This document shows, in pieces, positions 10,447 to 22,386 of a stretch of DNA of 49,410 nucleotides. The stretch covers positions 1 to 49,410 of the forward strand of contig JAAPAO010000229.1 of NCBI GenBank assembly GCA_013115145.1, written 5' to 3'. How positions within the stretch are numbered: the stretch's first letter is position 1; each line of letters begins with the position of its first letter. The DNA comes from Perkinsus chesapeaki ATCC PRA-425 (lineage: Eukaryota > Protista > Perkinsozoa). The notes below the pieces were generated by a model that was not told the origin of the DNA, ran no database searches, and saw nothing but the letters and a program-made list of their open reading frames with translations. Both the position numbers and the translations under genes were made by a program.

Positions 10447-13400
10447 TTAGTACACCTCAGGGCAGTAACGGTCATTATCAGCAAGGTCTTCGAAAATCTC
10501 CTTGGCCTTGTCCATGGAACAGTTCTCACCCTTAGCAATAGCACGATAGATGGCGCTCTTGATATCATTCTCAACCTGGCCAGCCTGTCCGCAAAGATAG
10601 AAGTAACCACCCTTCTTGATCAGATCCTCGTAAACACGAGCACTGTTCTCATCAATCTTGTTCTGGACATAGACCTTCTCCTTCTGATCACGAGAGAATG
10701 CGGGGTGGAGCTCAGTGATAGCGCCCTCCTTAGCGTAACCCTCGAGTTCGTCGTGGAAGATGTAATCCTTATCGTGATGACGGCAACCATAGAAGAGCCA
10801 CATGGGACCAGTCTCAATGCCTTGACGCTTCATCCAAGCGCGCTCTTGAGAGAAGGCACGGAATGGAGCAAGACCAGTACCAAGACCAGCCATGATCATG
10901 GGAGTCATTGGGCTCTCAGGGAACTTGAAGCTACCGGAAGTAACAGTGGAAGTAACCTTGTGACCGGGAACGATACGCTGGATGTAGTCAGTAGCGGTAC
11001 CAGTCCTCTTAACACCAGAAGGAGTAGTCCAGTTCACAACGACAACAGCAAGCTCAATGGCCTTAGGGCCAACGAACCTTGGAGAACTGGCGATGGAGTA
11101 AAGCCTAGGCTTAGTGCAAGGAACAAGGCTGATCAACTGATCAAGAGAAGGATGAGCACTTGTGTACTTGTTGAGAACATCAGCGAATGTAACAGTCTCA
11201 TTGGCAAGCTTGGTATAAAGCTCACGTCCCTTGGTGTCATCGGGGTTACCAATGGCAGAAAGTTCCTCCTTCTCCTTAGGATCCTGGGCGAACTTAGACA
11301 AAGACTTGTAGAAGGCTCTGTTAGGACGACCGAAGATATCCAAGGATTCCTCGAACACCTGAGAGATGGTACGAGGACGAAGAGCAGCAGCGCGCTTGCG
11401 GGCGTCGACGTTCTCAGCTACAGGGGTGATCTGGACCATCTCCTTGGGGTTGAGGCCGTAGGACTGAAGGAAAGCACCGACTCTACCGGCTTCGTTCATG
11501 GGGTGAATGTTGAGAACATCACCGAGAAGATAAGGAAGATCCTGACCATCCTCGAGCTCGAAACGCAAGTGACGGATATCTCTCTCGTAGTCGGAAGGAG
11601 TCAGACGATCGTTCTTTTTCAAGCCGAGCTGGATAGTTTGAGGAGGCATGATCCTCTCATAAGGAGCAACCACGGTCTCATCAGAATCAAGCTCACGGAC
11701 CTCGAATAAGGAATCAGGGACGGAACCATCATCAACGGGCTCAGGGGCCTTCACAGCCTTCCAGTAGCTCGGCATCCAATCCTCGAAAGCAGTCTCATAC
11801 TTATCATCATCCTGATCGTTACCAAGACCAACCGAGATAGTCCTCTGACCGCCCAATTCAGCAAGAAGCTCATCAATGCTCTTACCGGCAGTGCAGAAGT
11901 GATGATAACTGGAATCACCCAAGGCAAAGACACCGTACTGAACACCATCCAGGAGATGAGCATTCTGTGTGTCCTTGACGGCAGACTGCAATTGTGAAGT
12001 GAAATCCAGAGCTGTTCTGGGAGTTTCACCCTCACCGGTAGTAGAGCAAAGCACCATGAGGTTCTTGTTCTCCGGGAGCTCGTTAACATCCATCTCATCA
12101 CATTGCATGACCTTAACGGCATAACCACGCTGGCGAGCCAATTCGGCAACACGATAGGAGAGTGCCTCGGCAGTACCAGTCTCAGTACCGTACAAGAGAG
12201 TCAGTGGCACACCATCGGAGATGTTCTCTTGACCCTCGGAGGCCCACCTCTGATACTTGCTGTAACGCTCGTGGACCCAATCGGTAAGCTGGGACATGTA
12301 CTTGTTGTAGAGATCGGCATCACGCTTCTTCAAGGCACCGAAACGCATTTCGTTCTTAATAACGGCGTCCATGCTCTGAGTGAGCCTCTTAGTATCAAGA
12401 ACGAAGGGGTTCTTGCCCAACTTCTTCAACATGGGGTTATAACGATACAACGGGAAGTAGCCAGAGGCAGCAACAGTGGCCTGATGCTGCATAGTATGGC
12501 TCATGCCATCAAGATTCTTATGCTCAATGCAAGGGGCATAAGCGATGACAAGAGAGCATCCATCATAAGCTTCGGCCTCGGAGAAAGCCTTCAAAGTCTG
12601 CTGGTAGTTAGCACCCATGGAGACACCGGCAACATATACGGTACCATAGTCCATAGCCATCTCACCAAGATTCTTCTTCTCGACGTCGTGACCGAGGGTA
12701 GCAAACTTGGCAACAGCACCAAGGGGAGTGGCCTTAGACTTTTGACCTCCAGTGTTGGAGTAAGCTTCAGTATCCAAGACCAAAACGTTCAAATCCTGAC
12801 CAGAGGCAAGGACGTGATCGAGTCCACCATAGCCAATATCGTAACTCCAACCATCACCACCAATGATCCAGTTAGAGATCTTAGGAAGCAAGTCGGACAT
12901 ATCAAGGATGTCCTGAATAGCAGGGTCCTTGCTGGCCTCGGCCTTAAGAAGAGGAGGAAGTGACTTCGAAAGAGCCTCACAGATGGCGGGGTTCCTGAAG
13001 TTCTCAACCCACTCGTTGAGCTGAGTGTACAACTCAGGAGACAATGGGCTATCTTTTCCTTCAAGAAGTACCTCTTGGACACGAGCCTTAAGAGCCTTAC
13101 GGCGGACAGCGGTGGTCACAGCCATACCCATACCGTACTCGGCGGCATCTTCGAAAAGACTGTTAGCCCAGGCTGGACCGGTACCATCGGGTCTTGAAGT
13201 ATAAGGAGTAGAACCATAAGGAGCACCCCAGATACTAGAGCAACCAGTGGCATTAGCGATCATCATACGATCACCGAACATTTGAGTAAGAAGGCGAACA
13301 TAAGGAGTCTCACCACATCCAGCGCAGGCACCGTGGAACTCGAGGAGAGGTTGATGGAACTGACTGCCCTTAAGGGTAGTGGTATCAAACCTGGAAGAAC

Positions 13401-15939
13401 GATCAGGAAGGCCCATAGCATACTCCCAGTTCTTAGACTCGGTCTCGGAAACATCAGCCAAGTGCTTCATGGAGAGCGCATCATCAGGGCAAGCGTTGAC
13501 GCAGACCTCGCAACCAGTGCAGTCCAAAGGAGAGACCTGAATCCTGTAGTGGAGACCGGCAACTTCAGCACCACCCTTGGCCTTGCGAGTCTCGAAAGTG
13601 TCAGGCTTTGAGTCAACTTCAGCTTGAGACAGCAAGAAAGGTCTGATAACAGCGTGAGGACAAGACATGGAGCATGTATTGCACTGAGTGCACTTGTCCA
13701 TATCAACCATAGGGACCTCAAGAGCAACACCACGCTTCTCGACCTTAGCAGTTCCAAGAGGAACCTTACCGCCGACGATGGAGTCATCAGCGAAGGCACT
13801 GACAGGAATTTCATCACCATTCAAAAGAGCGATAGGAGCTTGGATGTTCTTAGTGAACTTAGACCTATCGATGGCGCTCTTTTCCTTGGCAAGACCGGGA
13901 ATGGCGTTGTCGTAAGTCTGCTCGTAATGCAGCATCTCATCAGTGAGGTTCTTCCACTCAGCGGGGACCTTGATCTCAGTAATAGCAGCAAGAGCCTTAT
14001 CAATCATTTCGTAGTTCTTCTGGACAACAGCTTCACCACGATGACCATAACTCTTCCTGATAGTGTTCTTGTAGAGTTGAATGCACTCCTTATAGTCCAT
14101 CACATTAGCAAGCTTGAAGAAAGCAGACTGCATGACGACGTTGATCATACGGCCCATACCGCATTCCTCAGCAACCTTGAAGGCATCAACATTGAAGACC
14201 TTGGCGTTCTTCTCAGCAAGAGCCTTACGGACACCAGCAGGAACATGCTTGTTCCACTCCTCAACAGTACTGAAGGGAGAGTTCAAGCAGAAAGTACCAC
14301 CCTCCTTCAAGTGATCAGTCATACGATACATATCCAAGTAGGTAGGGTTATGGCATCCAACGTAGTCTGCCTTACTGACAGCGTAGTATGACTTGATGGG
14401 CTCAGGACCAAATCTCAAGTGAGACATAGTCAAGCCACCGGCCTTCTGTGATCCATAAGCGAAATAAGCCTGGACGAAGAGATCGGTGTTATCGCCAATG
14501 ATCTTAGTGGCACTCTTGTTAGCACCGACAGTACCATCAGAACCATAACCGTAAATAAGACACTCAACGGTCTCTGGGTGAGAAACGTTGATCTCCTCGT
14601 CAAGAGGAAGAGATCTGTGAGTGACATCATCATCAATACCAACAGTGAAGTGATCCTTAGGGTACTGAGAGTAAAGGTTGTCAGCGACAGCAGCAACACA
14701 CCTAGGAGTGAACTCCTTCTGTCCGAGACCCCAGCGACCACCAATGACCTTGATGTTCTTGCGATCAGACTCCTGAATAGTACTGGCAACATCCAAATAA
14801 AGAGGTTCACCAAGAGAGCCAGGCTCCTTAGTCCTATCCAAGACAGCAATGCGCTTCACAGACTTGGGCAAAGATGCGAGGAAATCCTCAGAAGACCAAG
14901 GACGATAAAGACGAGGCTTCAGGACACCAACCTTCTTGCCTGACGAGTTGATGTAAGGAAGTGCTTCCTCAACAACACTGGCACCAGAACCCAACACCAC
15001 AACAGCAGCCTCGGCATCCTTAGGACCAGTCCACTGGAAGAGATCATAATGACGGCCAGTAACGGCACCAACACGCTCCATCTCCTCCTTAACAATCTCG
15101 GGGGTCTTATCATAGAAAGCATTAGAGGCCTCGAACTGCTGGAAGTAGACATCTGGGTTCTCATTGGTACCACGGACGTAAGGACGGTTGGGGTTGAGTG
15201 CTCTCGCGCGATGAGCATTTAATGCCTTCATATCGACCATTCTCCTCATCTGGTTGTACGGCAAAGTATCAACCTTCTCAATGCAATGAGAAAGGCGGAA
15301 GCCATCGAAGAAACTGACGAAAGGAACTCTGGCCCTAAGAGTGGCCAAGTGAGCGACAAGAGCCATATCATGGCACTCCTGGACGGTATCGGCATCGATC
15401 ATGGCAAAACCGGTTTGACGAACAGCCATGACATCTTGATGATCACCGAAGATAGATAAAGACTGACCAGCGAGAGCACGGGCAGCAACATGCATAACAC
15501 AGGGAAGAAGCTCACCGGCGATCTTATACATGTTGGGAACCATAAGGAGAAGACCTTGACTGGCAGTGTAAGTAGTGGCCAAAGAACCAGATGCTAAGGC
15601 ACCGTGAAGGGCACCGGCAGCACCGGCCTCGGATTGCATTTGAGTAATCTTAGGAACATCACCGAAAGCATTCTTGACGCCCAACATGGACCATTGCTCG
15701 GCAAGCTCGGCAGCAGGGGAGGAAGGAGTGATAGGGTAAATGAAGGCAGTATCCATCATACCATAGGACACGTTGCACACAGCAGTGCAACCATCCATGG
15801 TCTGCCATTCACCACCACTAGGAGAAGCCTTACCAGCGAAATGCCTCGAGCTGGCAGCAACCGCGGCAGTTTGTGCGGGTGCAGCGAGGCTACGAGCTGC
15901 GACCGCCAGCGAGCGGCCGTGATTCATTGTAGACAACAT
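10447..15939 (-). CDS. PNO: Pyruvate:NADP+ oxidoreductase copy 1 (PFOR-flavodoxin-FNR fusion), intronless, 1830 aa
   Basis: Single ORF; the first ATG is at 15939 (the ORF track starts at an upstream TTG). PFOR motifs: [74 protein letters not shown]. Flavodoxin motif: LLYGTETGTAE. FAD/NADP motifs: PRLYSIASS, GLGTGLAPFRAF, FYGCR, AFSRDQKEKVYVQ, YLCGQAG. Confidence 0.97.
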   Translation of the reverse strand: MLSTMNHGRSLAVAARSLAAPAQTAAVAASSRHFAGKASPSGGEWQTMDGCTAVCNVSYGMMDTAFIYPITPSSPAAELAEQWSMLGVKNAFGDVPKITQMQSEAGAAGALHGALASGSLATTYTASQGLLLMVPNMYKIAGELLPCVMHVAARALAGQSLSIFGDHQDVMAVRQTGFAMIDADTVQECHDMALVAHLATLRARVPFVSFFDGFRLSHCIEKVDTLPYNQMRRMVDMKALNAHRARALNPNRPYVRGTNENPDVYFQQFEASNAFYDKTPEIVKEEMERVGAVTGRHYDLFQWTGPKDAEAAVVVLGSGASVVEEALPYINSSGKKVGVLKPRLYRPWSSEDFLASLPKSVKRIAVLDRTKEPGSLGEPLYLDVASTIQESDRKNIKVIGGRWGLGQKEFTPRCVAAVADNLYSQYPKDHFTVGIDDDVTHRSLPLDEEINVSHPETVECLIYGYGSDGTVGANKSATKIIGDNTDLFVQAYFAYGSQKAGGLTMSHLRFGPEPIKSYYAVSKADYVGCHNPTYLDMYRMTDHLKEGGTFCLNSPFSTVEEWNKHVPAGVRKALAEKNAKVFNVDAFKVAEECGMGRMINVVMQSAFFKLANVMDYKECIQLYKNTIRKSYGHRGEAVVQKNYEMIDKALAAITEIKVPAEWKNLTDEMLHYEQTYDNAIPGLAKEKSAIDRSKFTKNIQAPIALLNGDEIPVSAFADDSIVGGKVPLGTAKVEKRGVALEVPMVDMDKCTQCNTCSMSCPHAVIRPFLLSQAEVDSKPDTFETRKAKGGAEVAGLHYRIQVSPLDCTGCEVCVNACPDDALSMKHLADVSETESKNWEYAMGLPDRSSRFDTTTLKGSQFHQPLLEFHGACAGCGETPYVRLLTQMFGDRMMIANATGCSSIWGAPYGSTPYTSRPDGTGPAWANSLFEDAAEYGMGMAVTTAVRRKALKARVQEVLLEGKDSPLSPELYTQLNEWVENFRNPAICEALSKSLPPLLKAEASKDPAIQDILDMSDLLPKISNWIIGGDGWSYDIGYGGLDHVLASGQDLNVLVLDTEAYSNTGGQKSKATPLGAVAKFATLGHDVEKKNLGEMAMDYGTVYVAGVSMGANYQQTLKAFSEAEAYDGCSLVIAYAPCIEHKNLDGMSHTMQHQATVAASGYFPLYRYNPMLKKLGKNPFVLDTKRLTQSMDAVIKNEMRFGALKKRDADLYNKYMSQLTDWVHERYSKYQRWASEGQENISDGVPLTLLYGTETGTAEALSYRVAELARQRGYAVKVMQCDEMDVNELPENKNLMVLCSTTGEGETPRTALDFTSQLQSAVKDTQNAHLLDGVQYGVFALGDSSYHHFCTAGKSIDELLAELGGQRTISVGLGNDQDDDKYETAFEDWMPSYWKAVKAPEPVDDGSVPDSLFEVRELDSDETVVAPYERIMPPQTIQLGLKKNDRLTPSDYERDIRHLRFELEDGQDLPYLLGDVLNIHPMNEAGRVGAFLQSYGLNPKEMVQITPVAENVDARKRAAALRPRTISQVFEESLDIFGRPNRAFYKSLSKFAQDPKEKEELSAIGNPDDTKGRELYTKLANETVTFADVLNKYTSAHPSLDQLISLVPCTKPRLYSIASSPRFVGPKAIELAVVVVNWTTPSGVKRTGTATDYIQRIVPGHKVTSTVTSGSFKFPESPMTPMIMAGLGTGLAPFRAFSQERAWMKRQGIETGPMWLFYGCRHHDKDYIFHDELEGYAKEGAITELHPAFSRDQKEKVYVQNKIDENSARVYEDLIKKGGYFYLCGQAGQVENDIKSAIYRAIAKGENCSMDKAKEIFEDLADNDRYCPEVY

Positions 15940-15964
15940 TAGCAAAAGGGCGCCTTAAAAAGTG

Positions 15965-15990
15965 CTGAAAATGAACAACAATAGAAAATG
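15965..15990 (-). promoter_or_regulatory. Pyrimidine-rich tract plus AG, 25 nt upstream of the PNO1 ATG (candidate splice or trans-splice acceptor)
   Basis: Minus strand reads ...ctattgttgttcattttcAG|cactttttaaggcgcccttttgctaATG. Comparable AGs lie at 22409-22410 (PNO2) and 28862-28863 (PNO3). Confidence 0.35.
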
Positions 15991-16800
15991 CTCATTCGTA
16001 AGGACCTTTCATCATCTCCCACAACAGATGTTATGCTAGTGTGAACACTAGGTATCGTGCAGTCCCGAGCTAATGATCTTTGTGTCAGCTTAGGGCTATC
16101 TGTCCCCGAAAATAATATCTTCCGTGCACGCAGGGAATAATCGATTTAAACTGCGCGAGCGGCCTATGGCTGATCCACAGGTGATGCTGCTTGCAAGGGG
16201 TGGTGATTTCTATATCACGCCACTGAGTTCCTCTCTGGCCTTTAGTGGTGAATGTCTGGACAGCAACGCTACTATTCTACCCATCAGCGGCTATGTAAAC
16301 GCTCCAAAGACGCAACCCTAATCAAGTATGGGTCTACACTCTTACTACCAGCTCTACTGGATGCATCCCTCAAGCACCGTTGAACCTCGTCACTTCAGTT
16401 AACACAACACATCGAGACTAACGTAAATGGAGACTGACGATCTGATCAGAAGTAGTCTGAAGAGTTGCATACAAGGCATTATCAAGCTATACAGACCCGC
16501 ACTTCAGACCCGACTTCGAACGATGAACTCGTTATACTTAGTAATCAATAAACAACGTAAGGGATCAAGTCGTCTAAACAGGATACACTACTTAACATCC
16601 GCTATACACATCCAGAATAAAGAGTAAACCAAACTGACTAAGACAGATAGATGTGAGTTTAAGGAGATGCACTCCTTTGATAATATTACACCGAGCTCAA
16701 AAGCTTCTATAAATGCGCTTGCACGCACAAAGCATGGCGAAGCATGCCACGCAAGCACGGGCTGCATCTTACAGATGCCTCATGCTCGATAGATTCATAC

Positions 16801-19800
16801 TTAGTAAACCTCAGGGCAGTAGCGACCAGCATCAGCAAGCTGTTCGAATATCTCCTTGGCCTTCTCCATAGAGACTCCCTCGCCAGCGGCAATAGCGCGG
16901 TAGATAGCAGTCTTGATGTCGAGCTCAACCTGGCCGGCCTGTCCGCAAAGATAGAAGTAACCACCCTTCTTGATCAGATCCTCGTAAACACGAGCGCTGT
17001 TCTCATCAATCTTGTTCTGGACGTAGACCTTCTTCTGCTGGTCACGAGAGAATGCGGGATGGAGCTCAGTGATAGCGCCCTCCTGTACAAAGCCTTCAAG
17101 CTCGTTACCGAAGATGTAATCCTTATCGTGATGACGGCAACCGTAGAAGAGCCACATGGGACCAGTCTCAATGCCTTGACGCTTCATCCAAGCGCGCTCT
17201 TGAGAGAAGGCACGGAATGGAGCAAGACCAGTACCAAGACCAGCCATGATCATGGGAGTCATTGGGCTCTCAGGGAACTTGAAGCTACCGGAAGTAACAG
17301 TGGAAGTTACCTTGTGACCGGGAACGATACGCTGGATGTAGTCGGTGGAAGTACCAGTCCTCTTAACACCAGAAGGAGTAGTCCAGTTAAGGATCACAAC
17401 AGCAAGCTCAATGGCCTTAGGACCAACGAACCTGGGAGAACTGGCGATGGAGTAAAGCCTTGGCTTAGTGCAAGGAACAAGGCTGATCAACTGATCAAGA
17501 GAAGGATGAGCACTTGTGTACTTGTTGAGAACATCAGCGAATGTAACAGTCTCATTGGCAAGCTTGGTATAAAGCTCACGTCCCTTGGTGTCATCGGGGT
17601 TACCAATGGCAGAAAGTTCCTCCTTCTCCTTAGGATCCTGGGCGAACTTAGACAAAGACTTGTAGAAGGCTCTGTTAGGACGACCGAAGATATCCAAGGA
17701 TTCCTCGAACACCTGAGAGATGGTACGAGGACGAAGAGCAGCAGCGCGCTTGCGGGCGTCGACGTTCTCAGCTACAGGGGTGATCTTGACCATCTCCTTG
17801 GGGTTGAGGCCGTAGGACTGAAGGAAAGCACCAACTCTACCGGCTTCGTTCATGGGGTGAATATTGAGAACATCACCGAGAAGATAAGGAAGATCCTGAC
17901 CATCCTCGAGCTCGAAACGCAAGTGACGGATATCTCTCTCGTAGTCGGAAGGAGTAAGACGATCGTTCTTTTTCAAGCCGAGCTGGATAGTTTGAGGAGG
18001 CATGATCCTTTCATAAGGAGCCGCCACAGCCTCGGTAGCATCAAGCTCACGGACCTCGAATAAGGATTCAGGGACGGAACCATCATCAACGGGCTCAGGG
18101 GCGTTCACAGCCTCCCAGTAGCTGGGCATCCAGTCCTCGAAAGCAGTCTCGTATTTGTCCTCGTCACGGTCATTACCAAGACCAACAGCGATGCTTCTTC
18201 CGGCACCTAGCTTAGTGAGGAGATCATCGATGTCCTTACCAGCGGAGCAGAAATGCTGATAGCTAGAATCACCGAGGGCGAAAACACCATACTGGACACC
18301 ATCGAGAAGGTTAGAGTTACCACTCTCCTTGGCGGCAGCCTCCAGCTGGGAGGTGAAGTCGATAGCGGTCCTGGGAACCTCGCCCTCACCGGTAGTAGAG
18401 CAAAGCACCATGAGGTTCTTGTGCTCGGGGAGCTCGGAAACATCCATCTCATCACATTGCATGACCTTGACGGCATAACCACGCTCGCGAGCCAAGTCGG
18501 CAACACGATAGGAGAGTGCCTCGGCGGTACCAGTCTCAGTACCGTACAAGAGAGTCAATGGTACGCCACTGGAGGTATTCTCTTCAACAGCAGCCCATCC
18601 ACGATACTTCTGATATCGCTCTCCAACCCACTCGGTCATCTCCTTCATGTAAGTGGCATACTTCTCAGCATCACGCTTCTTGAGAGCGCCAAAACGCATC
18701 TCATGGCTGATGACATCGTCAACACTGAGGGTTAACTTCTTGGTGTCAAGAACGAAAGGATTCTTGCCCATAGGCTTCAATGCAGGATTGTAGCGGAAGA
18801 GAGGGAAGTAACCAGAATTGGCAACAGTGTACTGGTGCAACATTGTGTGGCTCATTCCATCGACATTTTTGTGCTCGATGCAAGGAGCGTAAGCAACAAC
18901 CAATGAGGAGCCATCATAAGCCTCGGCCTCGGAGAAAGCCTTCAATGTCTGTTGATAGTTAGCACCCATGGAAACACTGGCGACATAAACTGTACCATAA
19001 GACATAGCCATCTCGGTCAAGTTCTTCTTCTCAACGTCGTGGCCCATAGTAGCAAACTTGGCGACTGCACCAAGAGGGGTAGACTTCGACTTTTGACCAC
19101 CAGTGTTGGAGTAAGCCTCGGTATCCAAGACCAAGACGTTGATATCCTGACCAGAAGCAAGGACGTGATCGAGTCCACCATAGCCAATATCGTAACTCCA
19201 ACCATCACCACCAATGATCCAGTTAGAGATCTTAGGGAGCATATCGGACATGGCCAAAAGCTCATCGATGGCCGGGTCCTTGCTAGCCTCGGCGGCGAGC
19301 AACTTAGGGATAGACTTCGAGAGAGACTCACAGACCTTAGGGTTGCTGAAGTTCTCGACCCACTGCTCCAACTGGGTGTAGAGCTCAGGGGAAAGCGGGC
19401 TGTCTTTACCTTCCAAGAGCATCTCCTGGACACGAGCCTTGAGGGCCTTGCGGCGCACAGCATTAGTCACAGCCATACCCATACCAAACTCGGCGGCATC
19501 CTCGAAAAGACTGTTAGCCCAGGCTGGACCACGTCCGTCGGGTGTGGTAGTGTAGGGAGTAGAGCCATAAGGAGCACCCCAGATACTAGAGCAACCAGTG
19601 GCATTAGCAATTACCATACGATCACCGAACATTTGAGTAAGAAGGCGAACATAAGGAGTCTCACCACATCCAGCGCAGGCACCGTGGAACTCGAGGAGAG
19701 GTTGATGGAACTGACTGCCCTTAAGGGTAGTGGTATCAAACCTGGAAGAACGATCGGGAAGGCCCATAGCATACTCCCAGTTTTCTCCAGAAGTTTCCAT

Positions 19801-22386
19801 GACGTCAGCGAGATGCTTCATGGAGAGAGCATCATCAGGACAAGCGTTGACGCAGACCTCGCAACCAGTGCAATCATAGGGAGACACCTGAATCCTGTAG
19901 TGGAGACCGGCAACCTCAGCACCACCCTTAGCAGGTCTGCAGTCGAAAATAGCGGGCTTGTTATCGACCTCGTACTGAGAGAGGAGGAATGGTCTGATAA
20001 CAGCGTGCGGGCACGACATGGCGCAAGTGTTGCACTGAGTGCACTTATCCATATCGACCTCCGGGACCTCAAGAGCCACACCACGCTTCTCGACCTTAGA
20101 AGTTCCAAGAGGGACCTTACCGCCAACCAACTCGTCGGAAGCGAAGGCGCTAACAGGGATGTCATCACCCTTGAGCAAGGCGATAGGAGCCTGGATATTC
20201 TTCGTGAACTCGGCAGTATTCATATGATATGCCTTGTCCTTAGCCAACCTACCAATAGCGTTATCGTAGGTCTTCTCATAGTTCAACATGCGATCAGAAA
20301 GGTTCTTCCACTCAGCGGGGACCTTGATCTCAGTAATAGCGTCAAGAGCCTTATCAATCATTTCGTAGTTCTTCTGGACAACAGCTTCACCACGATGACC
20401 ATAACTCTTCCTGATAGTGTTCTTGTAGAGTTGGATACTCTCCTCGAAGTCCATGACCTTGGAGAGCTTGAAGAAAGCAGACTGCATGACGACGTTGATC
20501 ATACGGCCCATACCGCATTCCTCAGCAACCTTGAAGGCATCAACATTGAAGACCTTGGCGTTCTTCTCAGCAAGAGCCTTACGGACACCAGCAGGAACAT
20601 GCTTGTTCCACTCCTCGACAGTACTGAAGGGAGAGTTCAAGCAGAAAGTACCACCCTCCTTCAAGTGATCAGTCATACGATACATCTCGAGATAAGTAGG
20701 GTTGTGGCATCCAACATAGTCAGCGTGCTCAACAGAGTAGTAGGACCTAATGGGCTCAGGGCTGAAACGCAAATGGGACATAGTCAAGCCACCGGCCTTC
20801 TGTGATCCATAGGCGAAATAAGCCTGGACGAAGAGATCGGTGTTATCACCAATGATCTTGGTGGCGTTCTTGTTAGCACCAACAGTACCATCAGAACCAT
20901 AACCGAAGATTAAACACTGAACAGTGTCGGGGTGAGAGACGTTGAGCTCCTTACCAAGAGGGAGTGAGAGGTGAGTGACATCATCCTCGATACCAACAGT
21001 GAATCTCTCCTTGGGATGGTCGGCATAAAGGTTGTCAGCGACGGCCGAGACGCAACGAGGGGTGAACTCCTTCTGGCCAAGACCCCAACGGCCACCAATG
21101 ACCTTGACGTTGCGGCCAGCTTCCTGAATGGTGCTGACGACATCCAAGTAGAGAGGCTCTCCGACGGAGCCAGGCTCTTTAGTCCTATCCAAGACGGCAA
21201 TGCGCTTGACTGATTTGGGCAAGGCCGCAAGGAAATCCTCAGAAGACCAAGGACGATAGAGACGAGGCTTCAAGACGCCCATCTTTTTGCCCTGGGCGTT
21301 AAGAATAGGCAATGTCTCCTCAACCACACTAGCTCCTGAACCAAGGACAACAATGGCACTGTCAGCGTCTTGAGGACCAGTCCATTGGAAGAGATCGTAA
21401 TGACGGCCAGTAACAGCGCCCACACGATGCATCTCATCCCTGACAATTCCGGGAACCCTGTCATAGAATGCGTTAGATGCCTCAAACTGCTGGAAGTAAA
21501 CATCAGGGTTCTGGTTAGTGCCACGGATATAGGGACGGTTAGGATTGAGAGCACGAGAGCGGTGAGCATTAAGGGCCTTCATATCAATCAACTTACGCAT
21601 CTCATTGTATGGCATAGTATCAATCTTTTCGATACAATGAGATAGACGGAAACCATCAAAGAAGTTAACAAAAGGCACACGAGCACGAAGAGTAGCCAAG
21701 TGTGCGATGAGGGCCATATCGTGGGACTCCTGTACAGTGTCGGAGTTGATCATGGCAAAACCAGTTTGACGAGCGGCCATAACATCTTGATGATCACCGA
21801 AGATAGACAAAGCCTGACCAGCGAGAGCACGGGCAGCAACATGCATAACACAGGGAAGGAGTTCTCCGGCAATTTTATACATATTAGGAATCATAAGGAG
21901 AAGACCTTGACTGGCAGTGTAAGTAGTGGCCAAAGAACCAGATGCTAAGGCACCGTGAAGGGCACCGGCAGCACCGGCCTCGGATTGCATCTGGGTGATC
22001 TTAACAACGTCACCGAAGGCGTTCTTGACACCGAGCTCCGACCACTGCTCAGCAAGCTCAGCAGCAGGAGAGGACGGGGTAATGGGGAAGATAAAGGCTG
22101 TATCGGTCATAGCATACGATACATGACAGGTAGAAGTGCAGCCATCAACGGCTTGCCACTGACCTCCGCCTGAAATAGACAACAATCCTCATCAACTGAC
22201 AAATATTGTCAAACGACGTGAAACGCGAAAGTACAAAATATCCACACTAATCCCTCCCGAACTACTTGGTGAAGTTTTTCCAGCAAAGTGCCTGGATGCA
22301 CTAGTAACAACGGCATTTTGGGCTGGTCTGATGGCGCTGCGAGCTGCCAATGCCGCGGTGCGGCTATTATGCATAGTCGACAGCAT
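16801..22386 (-). CDS. PNO: Pyruvate:NADP+ oxidoreductase copy 2, two exons (22266-22386, 16801-22169)
   Basis: Same full motif set as copy 1. Removing the phase-1 GT-AG intron 22170-22265 joins MLSTMHNSR...RHFAGKTSP to SGGQWQ, collinear with GKASPSGGEWQ in copy 1. Confidence 0.97.

Noticed and set aside
16760-16800. Possible SECIS element in the PNO2 3' UTR (ATGA followed by a stem with AA)
   Set aside because: There is no matching 3' GA core, the helix is too short, and the gene has no in-frame TGA (it ends in TAA).
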